Shown here: positions 41,501 to 49,917 of the stretch, one piece after another
How positions within the stretch are numbered: the stretch's first letter is position 1
Layout: each line of letters starts with the position of its first letter
Made by a program: the position numbers and the translations under genes
Notes under the pieces: generated by a model
Told to the model about the DNA's origin: nothing
Database searches by the model: none
What the model saw: only the letters and a program-made list of their open reading frames with translations
Assembly: GCA_965226375.1 (NCBI GenBank)
Contig: CBDDCX010000008.1
Location: 2,016,001 to 2,080,000 of the forward strand
Length of the DNA stretch: 64,000 nt
Direction: 5' to 3'
Source: Longimicrobiales bacterium
Lineage (GTDB): Bacteria > Gemmatimonadota > Gemmatimonadetes > Longimicrobiales > Gaopeijiaceae

Positions 41501-42581
41501 ACAACGTCGATCGGGAGACCTCGAGGGCCGCGCACGCCGGTTTTACACCGACGTGCTTAGCCAGCTCATCGGCCGCCTTCAAGAGTTTGTCCCGTCGTCG
41601 AGGCTTATCCCCAGCAGCCCCGCAACTTTTCCCTGCACGTCGATGATCAGGTGTGCCTTCCTGAGCTCATTCCCGAGCCGTGCGTTTCGCCGCTCCAGCT
41701 TGCGTACCTTCTCATCCAGCGGATTTCGCTCCGGCTTGCGGCCGCGTTTCTTCGACAGGGCCTTCAGCGACCCGCTATGCGCCGCCTTGCGCCACGTCGT
41801 CAGGTGCGACGAGTACAGGCCCTCTCGCCGCAGGACTTGACCCACCTCGCCGGGCTCGGTGCACCGGTCCGCTTCTTCGACGATCCGCAGCTTGTACGAC
41901 GGACTGAACCGCCGCCGTAGCGGCCTATCTACTACCTCCGGGTCCGCAGGAGCTGCCGCGCTTCGCTTGGCCTCCCCGGTTCCAGGGGCACTACCATTCT
42001 CTGCCATTCTCTCTCGCAGTCCCAACATGTTCGTTTTCTCTGCCTTCGCCCTACTCTAATTCTTTGCGTGCTCCGTGTCTCACGTACGTTGGCAGAGAGG
42101 GCCTGGCCCACAGATCGTAGCTGATCACCACGACCGGAGAGGCGGACGGGGCGTTATCCCCCTCCTGTAGCGTCCGGCCGAACTCGGGGGGCACTTCGAG
42201 CACGGAGAACAGGCTGGCCGTGACCGTGGACGCCGACAGGCGCTCGGGAGGGCCTGAGTCCCCAGACACGTCGACGTCCTGGCTCGTGGTAATGGCAACG
42301 CCCGTGGGCGTCCGTAGAGTTGCCGAGAAGTTCAGGTAGTCGGCCTCAGTGAGGAGTAGCCTGGGAAGGCCGATACCGGTGGCCGAATGATGGAACACGA
42401 CCAACTCCTCCGCGTCGGGAAACGGAAGCGGCTTGATCAGGACACCATTCACCACGGAGAACACGGCCGAATTGGCACCAATGCCCAAAGCCAGCGTGAC
42501 CACAGTCACGGCCGCAAAGCCCGGGCTTCTCCGGACACCCCTCAAGGCCCATCTGATGTCCCGACCAACCCTATCCATCAT
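38561..42581 (-). pseudogene. Third duplicated orphan permease, interrupted by IS3 copy 2
   Basis: Removing 40535-42101 and one target copy restores ISYDLWARRYGSDPGLVGRTIILDG in frame; all permease motifs are present. Confidence 0.93.
40535..42101 (-). mobile_element. IS3-family element, copy 2 (1567 bp, inverted relative to copy 1; orfA 41579-42028, orfB 40575-41582)
   Basis: All ORF translations are identical to copy 1 (paired coordinates sum to 68069); target duplication CCT at 40532-40534 and 42102-42104. Confidence 0.93.
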
Positions 42582-42619
42582 GCTTCCCTCCCATGGGCAC
42601 TCGAAACCAACCTACGTGT

Positions 42620-42663
42620 TGGTACAATGGTACCATTATACCATTTGGGAAAATGCGGATCAA
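42620..42663 (-). promoter_or_regulatory. Near-consensus sigma70 promoter of the third permease with an overlapping 24-bp palindrome
   Basis: Minus strand TTGATC (42663-42658), 17-bp spacer, extended -10 TGGTATAAT (TATAAT at 42640-42635). The palindrome TGGTACAATGGTACCATTATACCA (42620-42643) is 22/24 symmetric. Confidence 0.78.
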
Positions 42664-42795
42664 GACCTTCTAGAGCGTATATCAGCCTCGGAAGAGGAAA
42701 TACATGAGGGTCGTGCCGGGCGTTGCCAGTATCACGGCAGCGGAGCTTCAGCACTCACCCTACGCTATTATTGTTGGATCCTCAAAGGAGACATC

Positions 42796-43854
42796 ATGAA
42801 GCGATCGGTGTTCGCGTTCGGTACGGCCCTCCTGGGTGCTGTGCTCGCGCCGTCCGGAGCCTGGGCCCAAGACAGCTCGTGGGGAATTACGGCCGTCGAG
42901 GGCATCTCGGTCGGGCACCATACGCTGAGCGAAAAGCCGACCGGCTGCACGGTGATCCTGGCCGGTGAAGGTGCCGTCGGCGGTGTGGATGTGCGTGGTG
43001 GTGCTCCGGGTACGGTCGAGACCGACCTCCTGGATCCCGTCAATTCCGTGCAGGAGGTACATGGCGTCGTGCTCTCGGGTGGCAGCGCGTTCGGGCTGTC
43101 TGCTCGCGATGGGGTGATGCGCTATCTGGATGAGAAGGGCATCGGATACCACATGGGTGCCATCGTGGTACCCATCGTGGTCGGGGCCATCCTTTACGAT
43201 CTTCCGATCGGTGGCGACCCCGGCATTCGTCCGGGTCCGGACTGTGGGTACCAGGCCGCCGCACGCGCCACCTCCGATCGGCTGGACGAGGGAAACGCCG
43301 GCGCCGGCGCGGGGGCCACCGTGGGTAAGTCGCGGGGCATAGGACGCGCCATGAAGGGAGGCATCGGGACGGCCTCCATCACGCTGGCGAGCGGACTCAC
43401 CGTGGGAGCCATCGTCGCGGTCAACGCAGTGGGCGACGTCATCGACCCGTCGACGGGAGAAGTCATCGCGGGGGTTCGTACGGCCGATGGTCGGGGCCTC
43501 GCCGATGCCCGGGTGTTGATGCGTGAGAATCGTTCGTCGAACGAACCGCAGAGTGGCACGAACACCACCATCGGAGTGGTCGCGACGAACGCGGCGCTCA
43601 CGCAGGCCGAGGCCACCAAGGTGGCTCAGATGGCACAGGACGGCCTCGCACGGACGCTCTACCCGGCGCATACGCCAGGAGACGGCGATACGGTCTTCTC
43701 GCTGGCGACGGGCACCCTGGACGGTGACGCGTCCGTCTTCGTGATCGGCACTCTGGCCGCTGACATGATGGCCGAAGCCATCTTGCGGGCCGTGCGAGCG
43801 GCCACCGGCATCGAGGGCCTTCCGTCCGTCTCGGATCTTATCAGTAGTCGATGA
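42796..43854 (+). CDS. P1 (DmpA/S58)-family aminopeptidase, exported
   Basis: VDVRGGAPGT, LSGGSAFGL, MKGGIG, NTTIGVVATNA and GDTVF; signal peptide; AAGGAG RBS. Confidence 0.92.
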   Translation: MKRSVFAFGTALLGAVLAPSGAWAQDSSWGITAVEGISVGHHTLSEKPTGCTVILAGEGAVGGVDVRGGAPGTVETDLLDPVNSVQEVHGVVLSGGSAFGLSARDGVMRYLDEKGIGYHMGAIVVPIVVGAILYDLPIGGDPGIRPGPDCGYQAAARATSDRLDEGNAGAGAGATVGKSRGIGRAMKGGIGTASITLASGLTVGAIVAVNAVGDVIDPSTGEVIAGVRTADGRGLADARVLMRENRSSNEPQSGTNTTIGVVATNAALTQAEATKVAQMAQDGLARTLYPAHTPGDGDTVFSLATGTLDGDASVFVIGTLAADMMAEAILRAVRAATGIEGLPSVSDLISSR

Positions 43855-43899
43855 CTCCGGATCGCAGCGACGACCGATGACGCACGGCCCTACCGGTCC

Positions 43900-45303
43900 G
43901 TGAATATCCACCTCGGACTTCTTCTGGTCTATTCGGCCGGCCTCGTCGGCTTGGGCTTGTGGATCGGCCGACGCGTGGAGAGCAGCGGGGGCTTTTTCGT
44001 GGCGAACCGCAAGCTCGGAGCTGCCCTCATCTTCTCTACGGCGCTGGCGGCCAATATCGGCGCCGGCACGACCGTGGGCGCCGCCAGCCTGGGGTATCGC
44101 GATGGACTCGCCGCGTGGTGGTGGGTGGGGAGTGCGGGGTTGGGCACCCTGGTACTCGCCTTCTGGATCGGCCCACGGATCTGGCGCGTGGCCACGGACC
44201 ACGGCCTCTACACGATGGGCGACTACCTCGAGCTACGTTACGGGCGCTCCGTGCGAGCTGCGATCACGGCCCTGCTCTGGCTCGGTGCCCCGACCGTCCT
44301 TGCGACACAGCTCATCGCCATGGGCAAGATCATCGAGTTCGTCGCCGGCGCCCCCTACTGGGCAGGGGTCCTCATCGGCAGCGTGGTGATGACCATCTAC
44401 TTCACCGCAGGCGGCCTCTTGACCTCGGCCTGGGTCAACATGGTGCAGCTCGTCGTCCTGGTCCTGGGTTTCGCCATCGCGATCCCCTGGGCGCTTGATA
44501 CTGCCGGAGGATGGGATGCGGTTCTGACGGCGACGCCCTCCACGGCTGACCCCTCGACCTTCTTGGGCAACGGTGGATCCGGGTGGATCTATCTGGCGCT
44601 GGTGGCGCCGAACTTCATGGTGTCGCCGGGCCTGGTACAAAAGGTGTATGGTGCGGTCGACGAGAGAGCGATCCGTGTGGGTCTGGGTGCGGTGGCGATA
44701 GCTCTGATGGTGTTCGCCTTCGTGCCACCCTTGTTCGGGATGATCGCTCACGTGTACGAACCTGCCCTGGCTGATCCGGACCAGGCCTTGATGGTGGTGT
44801 TGACCTTGGGGTTGCCGACTTTGCTGGGGAGCCTCGCCCTCGCCGCGGTCTTCTCGGCCGAGATCAGCTCGGCCGACGCCGCGCTTTTCATGCTGGCGAC
44901 CTCGCTCTCGCAGGACCTCTACAAGCGCTTCCTCCGGCCCGACGCCAGCGACGCTCAAGTGCTGAAGGTCGCTCGCTTCGCGGCGGTCGGCGGCGGAGCG
45001 GCGGGGGTGCTGCTCGCCCTGGTGCTGCGTGATGTCATCGCCACGCTCACCATCTTCTACGCTCTCATGGCGGTGTCTCTCTTCGTTCCGGTCGTGGCCG
45101 GCCTGTACGCCCGGAGACCCGGGACGCCTGAAGCCCTGTCGGCCGCGGGAGTCGGCGTGGCGACCCTCATCACCGTCACACTCCTTGATTTCGCAGACCC
45201 GTCGCCGTGGCTCAACGCCGGCTTCCTCGGGCTCGTGGCGTCCGCGGCCACCTTCGGGCTCGTCTTCCTGATTAGACGAAGCCGCGAGACACAGGCGAGC
45301 TAA
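43900..45303 (+). CDS. Sodium:solute symporter family protein
   Basis: About 13 TM segments; FFVANR.LG, YFTAGGL and FSAEISSAD motifs. Confidence 0.93.
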   Translation: MNIHLGLLLVYSAGLVGLGLWIGRRVESSGGFFVANRKLGAALIFSTALAANIGAGTTVGAASLGYRDGLAAWWWVGSAGLGTLVLAFWIGPRIWRVATDHGLYTMGDYLELRYGRSVRAAITALLWLGAPTVLATQLIAMGKIIEFVAGAPYWAGVLIGSVVMTIYFTAGGLLTSAWVNMVQLVVLVLGFAIAIPWALDTAGGWDAVLTATPSTADPSTFLGNGGSGWIYLALVAPNFMVSPGLVQKVYGAVDERAIRVGLGAVAIALMVFAFVPPLFGMIAHVYEPALADPDQALMVVLTLGLPTLLGSLALAAVFSAEISSADAALFMLATSLSQDLYKRFLRPDASDAQVLKVARFAAVGGGAAGVLLALVLRDVIATLTIFYALMAVSLFVPVVAGLYARRPGTPEALSAAGVGVATLITVTLLDFADPSPWLNAGFLGLVASAATFGLVFLIRRSRETQAS

Positions 45304-45307
45304 GCGG

Positions 45308-46390
45308 CTACCGGTTAGACTCGTCCACCACCTTGGTCCGGGCCTCCCTTTCGGCCACAAGCCGTTCGTACTCCTCCTGCTCCAGATACGTCACGTCCAC
45401 CCAGGCGTGCGCCATTTCGTCCACTGTGCGGTCACCCCATCCGACCCACTGATTAGGGTCCGGGTTGTTGGGGTTCTCCGGTGTGTTGTCATGCCATGCC
45501 GTGATGACCAGGGTCGTGCCCTTGGGAACCAGGGGCGCCACGTCCTCGACGTAGACGTAATTGATGTGCCAGTTCCACTGGAAGTTGTCCACGGAGCTGA
45601 ACAGCTCCTGGCGACCGTCGGGATAGATGGCCTCCATCGACATGGCCTTGCCCCTCATATGCATGTGCGGCTGAAAGTTCTCGAGGCGCGCCGGGGCCTG
45701 GAGCACGTGGAACTGCTGCGTCACGGCGACCTCGCCCGGCGGGATGTCGAGGCCCGATCGACCCGAAGCGTTCAGGAATCGCAGCACCGTGCGGTTCTGC
45801 GGGACGTAACCCCTCGGGTAGAAGTAGATACCGAGCTCGACTTGGTTGTTCTGCACCTCTTCGCCAATGGCGTGTATATGCACCTCCCACCGGATCTTGG
45901 CACCCGGTAGCATCAGCTTGCCTGCATCAGGCGGGAAGATCTCCCCGACCTTGCCAACCGCCCACTCCATGAACAGCCCGGCACTTCCTTGGGCCTCGTG
46001 GGCGGTGCTCGCCAGGCCGACGACCCCGTCCTCCTCCTGTACCAGGAAAGTCAGCGCATGGTGGACGATCTTCCGGCCGTCCGGATAGGTCGGCTTCATC
46101 TCGATCGCCCTCACCCAGCGGGCCTCTGTCAGCCCAGTCTCCACGATGGGCCGGAACCACTTGTCCATGGTCACGGCCTCCAGCGTAAAGGGCTCCGACT
46201 TGACGATCAGGTCGGGCTCCCCGAAGCGAGCGGCGAGCTGCCATCGGTTCGGATCGGGAAACTCCGCCGGCTCGGGCAGGTCCGCCTCATCCCCGAATGG
46301 GGCGCCGCCGTCGACCCACCGGACGATGGTGTCGATCTCCTTGTCGGTCAGGCCCCGATCGTTCTTGAAGTCCTGGACGCCGACCGATCG
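45308..46390 (-). pseudogene. Copper type II (PHM/DBH-like) monooxygenase-fold protein, N-terminus deleted
   Basis: IVHHAL and WEVHIH (CuH-like), QPHMHMRGK and DEMAH (CuM-like). It begins abruptly at the tail of a cytochrome c-like segment (NDRGLTDKEIDTIVRWVDGGAP) with no start, signal peptide or CxxCH. Confidence 0.75.
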
Positions 46391-46665
46391 TGCGTCGGCT
46401 GTCCTTGGTTGGGAGCCCCCGGCGAGATGAAGTTGTCGGGGCCCGTCGGGATCTCGAGCACTTCCTCGTCGTTTCGATTGAAGTAGCCGAATGAGACACT
46501 CACGGTACCGTCCGGATTGTCGTACCAGCCCTCGAAGGCGGGCGTCACCGTCTGACCGGTGCCGCTGACGGGTGCCAGCAGTACCTGCGCCGCCTCCAGG
46601 GGCATTCCTGCCGAGAGGAATAGCCCGACCGGCAGGCCGATCACGGCATGCCATTCTCTTCGCAT
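46391..46665 (-). pseudogene. N-terminal fragment of an exported uncharacterised protein (FEGW..GYFNRN..GQPTH motif)
   Basis: Signal peptide, then GQTVTPAFEGWYDNPDGT..FGYFNRN..NQGQPTH, where the frame is lost at the junction. Confidence 0.7.
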
Positions 46666-46706
46666 CGATGTGCCTCTTACGTTCGACTCATCCGAAAGCC
46701 CGGCCC

Positions 46707-48485
46707 TCAGCAGGACAGACAGTTGTCGCTGTTCTTCGAACCCAAGCTCTCGAGCAGTTCGAGCGCCTCTGGGAACGGCTGGATCCGTTGAACCGGGCCG
46801 TTGGCCATGTCGGCCGTGGTCTGGCCTCTTCGGCTCACGTAAGTCACGTCGGCGCCGTGCTCGACCAGATATCGAATCATATTCACGTCTCCCCGTGCGG
46901 CGGCGTGGTGGACCGGCGAATAGCCGTTGTGGTCCCGGGCGTTTACGTCGGCGCCGTGCACCTCGACCAGATACCGCAACGCGGGCATCCAGCCTTTCGG
47001 CACGTGCCGGTGCGAGTTGCCCGCGAATCCTTCGCCATAGCCGACGCCTGTCGCTGCATGTACCGGATAGGCGGCCGGACCCCCAACGGGAACCGGGGAC
47101 AGTCCGGACATATCAGGCCGGTCGGCTCCTCTTCGGCGCCGTTGGGGCACAGTTTGGGTCGCCATGCGGGGATCGGCGCCGTGCGCCACCAGCAGCTTCA
47201 TCGCCTCCACGTCCAACGCGTAGGCCGCCCGCCAGAAGGGCGTCGCCCCCTTGGTGTCCACTCCCAGGAGGTCGAACGTGTAAGACATGTACCAAAGGTG
47301 CTTGGTCAATCGGGGATTGGGATCCACTCCGCCCTCGAGAAGCGCCTCAATCACATCCAGGTACGTGAGCTGTTGTTGTTGGTATGCCTGCTGTTGCGGA
47401 TAACGGGCCTTCGGCGCCCACTGGGCGTTGAGAGCGGCATATAGGGGCGTCGAGCCGGCGTCACTCGCCAGCGACGGATCCGCCCCCCGATCGAACAAGG
47501 CCATGGCCAGATCGAAGTGCCCGTTGAGCATGGCGATGAGCATGGGGCTCGTATGGTCGCCCAGGCTTACTCGGTCGATATCGGCACCGGCGTCCAGAAG
47601 CGCTGAGGCCGACTCGCCGTGACCCTCCCGTGCGGCATAAAGCAGTGCGGTTAGCCCGCCCCGCCCCCCCACGAGCTCCGCGTAGGTGAGGGGCTGCGGC
47701 CGGGCCTCTTCGAGGTCCACCTCCTCCTCCTCCTCTAACTCTCCCCCTGGAACGCGCTGCGCCTCTAAGGCGGCCTGGACGGCCGTCTGGACCTGGCTGG
47801 GCGTGGGGCCGCCGGTCTGATCCGGCCCTCGCGCCGCGCGGAACGCCTCGAGCACCCGGTTCCTGCGCTGGCCGGCCCCCCGATCCGCTTGCTGCCGTTC
47901 GGGCATCGATTCCACCCGGCTGGTGAGGCCGTGATCCGCTCCCCCATCGACGAGCGCATGAATCGCAGCCACCCGGTTGAACGCCGCGGCGTACATGAGC
48001 GGAGACTGGCCGCGGGCGGAGTCGAGGGCGTTTACGTCCGCTCCGCCGTCCAGAAGAAGCGAGACGGCCACGGCGCTCCCGGACGCGGCTGCGAAATGCA
48101 GCGCCGTGGCCCCTCCGGTCGTCGTAACCGCGTGCGGATTTGCTCCTGCCTTCAGAAGGATCTCCACGGAAGACGCCATGCCCGCGCGGCTTGCCATCTG
48201 TAGGGAGGTGAGGTCCCCGATCCGGGTCACAGCTTCGAGATCAGCGCCGGCGTAAATCAACATCTGCGCCATCTCTACAAGACCGCTCTCGGAGGCCCAG
48301 TGTAGGGCCGTCATGCCGTCACCCTGGGCCGCGTTCACGTCGGCTCCCTGGCGAAGCAGTGTGCGCACCGCCTCGAGGTCACCCTGCATGGCAGCGTCCG
48401 CGACGGCGGAGTCGGAGACGCTCATCCATAGGAGAGCAGTCAGGCACAGCGCGGCCGTCGTGTTCACTCGGAGGGAGTTTCTCAT
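46707..48485 (-). CDS. Exported ankyrin-repeat protein, cassette A
   Basis: Signal peptide, many G.TALH.AA..G..LL..GADVN repeats, C-terminal NCLSC. Confidence 0.93.
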   Translation of the reverse strand: MRNSLRVNTTAALCLTALLWMSVSDSAVADAAMQGDLEAVRTLLRQGADVNAAQGDGMTALHWASESGLVEMAQMLIYAGADLEAVTRIGDLTSLQMASRAGMASSVEILLKAGANPHAVTTTGGATALHFAAASGSAVAVSLLLDGGADVNALDSARGQSPLMYAAAFNRVAAIHALVDGGADHGLTSRVESMPERQQADRGAGQRRNRVLEAFRAARGPDQTGGPTPSQVQTAVQAALEAQRVPGGELEEEEEVDLEEARPQPLTYAELVGGRGGLTALLYAAREGHGESASALLDAGADIDRVSLGDHTSPMLIAMLNGHFDLAMALFDRGADPSLASDAGSTPLYAALNAQWAPKARYPQQQAYQQQQLTYLDVIEALLEGGVDPNPRLTKHLWYMSYTFDLLGVDTKGATPFWRAAYALDVEAMKLLVAHGADPRMATQTVPQRRRRGADRPDMSGLSPVPVGGPAAYPVHAATGVGYGEGFAGNSHRHVPKGWMPALRYLVEVHGADVNARDHNGYSPVHHAAARGDVNMIRYLVEHGADVTYVSRRGQTTADMANGPVQRIQPFPEALELLESLGSKNSDNCLSC

Positions 48486-49876
48486 CAGATCGACAGCGAG
48501 AATTCGCCGGTGCTGTCGCCGAAGCTCTCCATGTCGTCGTGCCCCAGGTTGTGCAGCAAGCTCAGCATCACGTTCGCCATGGGCGTTCCCGCTTCGGCCT
48601 TCAGATGCATGTTGCCCGCCAACCGACCATTGGCTCCACCCACTACGATCAACGGGCAGCGCTTGTGGTTGTGGACGTTGGGATCGCCCATCGGAGATCC
48701 GTAGACGATCATGGTCTTGTCGAGCATGGAAGCGTCGCCTTCGATGGTGTCCTGAAGCTTCTTCAGGAAGTACGGGAGCATTCCCACATGATACCGGTTG
48801 ATGAGGGCGAACTCTTCGATCGCCGCCTCATTGCCGCCGTGGTGCGATGCAGGGTGGAACGGCTTCTCGGAGCCGCTCTCGGGGAATACGCGGGCCGAGG
48901 AGTCGCGGCCCATCTTGAGGGAGAAGACGCGGGTCATGTCCGACTGGAAGGCGAGCACCTGAAGGTCGAACATCAACCTCATGTGCTCCTCGAAGGAGTC
49001 GGGCACGCCGGCGGGGGCCTCCGGGAGCTCACGCTGCTCGCCGCTGGTGTTGTAGGCCTCCACCATCTGAATGCGCCGCTCGATCTCACGAATGTCCTGC
49101 AGATACCGATCCAGCCGCTGCCGGTCGGCGGGACCCAGCTCCCTCTGCAATTGGGCGACCCTGCCCGTGATCCAGTCGAGGATGCTCCGATCGGTCTGGC
49201 GCCGGGCCGCCCTCTCCTTGGGCGTTCCCCCGGCCCCGAACAGCTGCTCGAAGGCGACCCGGGGATCACGGATGACGGGAAGGGGCTCGGTAGGCGACTT
49301 CCAGCTGATGGAGTCGGTATACACGCAGGTATAGCCGTACGCACATCCCCCGGATTGGTTGATGTTCTCGATACAGAGCTGCATGGACGGAATGGGCGTG
49401 TCCTGGCCGAACCTCTGCGCATACAACTGATCGAGCGACGTGCCCACAAAGACGTCGGAGCCCTCCGTTTGCTTGGGATGGGCCTGAGTGAGAAAGGTGG
49501 CACTGGAGCGGAAATGATCGCCCCCGATTTCGGGCGCCGTAATAGCTTCAGCCCCCCTGACATCCGTATTACTGACGATGGTGAGGTAGTCCCGGAACGG
49601 CTCCAGGGTGCTCAAGCTCGTGGGACCCAAATCGAAGTCCCGACCGACCGCATGAGGCGACCATAGGTTCTGGGAGGCGCCGTATTCGCTTGACCCCGCA
49701 GCCCCGTGAACCATCTCGATCGCCACGAGGCGGGTGGCATCGATCGCCGCGGGTCGGCCCTGCCCAGCCAAGAGTCGGGCCGGTATCATGGCGTCGAGGA
49801 AGGGCAACGCCACCGTGGCTCCAAGGCCCTTCAGGACCTCGCGCCGCGAGATGTGCTTGCCTGTGATGAAGTCCAT
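48485..49876 (-). CDS. DUF1552 (HxxSHH) protein with Tat signal, cassette A
   Basis: ISRREVLKG..LPFLDAM, CAYGYTCVY, HPASHH, DMTRV and HNH. Confidence 0.92.
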   Translation of the reverse strand: MDFITGKHISRREVLKGLGATVALPFLDAMIPARLLAGQGRPAAIDATRLVAIEMVHGAAGSSEYGASQNLWSPHAVGRDFDLGPTSLSTLEPFRDYLTIVSNTDVRGAEAITAPEIGGDHFRSSATFLTQAHPKQTEGSDVFVGTSLDQLYAQRFGQDTPIPSMQLCIENINQSGGCAYGYTCVYTDSISWKSPTEPLPVIRDPRVAFEQLFGAGGTPKERAARRQTDRSILDWITGRVAQLQRELGPADRQRLDRYLQDIREIERRIQMVEAYNTSGEQRELPEAPAGVPDSFEEHMRLMFDLQVLAFQSDMTRVFSLKMGRDSSARVFPESGSEKPFHPASHHGGNEAAIEEFALINRYHVGMLPYFLKKLQDTIEGDASMLDKTMIVYGSPMGDPNVHNHKRCPLIVVGGANGRLAGNMHLKAEAGTPMANVMLSLLHNLGHDDMESFGDSTGEFSLSI

Positions 49877-49917
49877 CGACTACCTCTTCGATACGATTTC
49901 CGCTGACGCGAAGTCTG

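Noticed and set aside
25968..42101. Composite transposon carrying 27.5-40.5 kb
   Set aside because: Each IS has its own target duplication (CCC and CCT) and interrupts a different gene that rejoins locally.
46391..46654. N-terminus of the 448-aa ORF 45308-46654 as a real protein
   Set aside because: It is an off-frame reading of the FEGW gene upstream of the deletion junction.
42760..49666. Long antisense ORFs (for example 42760-44202, 44233-45360, 48359-49666)
   Set aside because: These are shadow frames of GC-rich genes with no motifs, fully overlapping well-supported genes.
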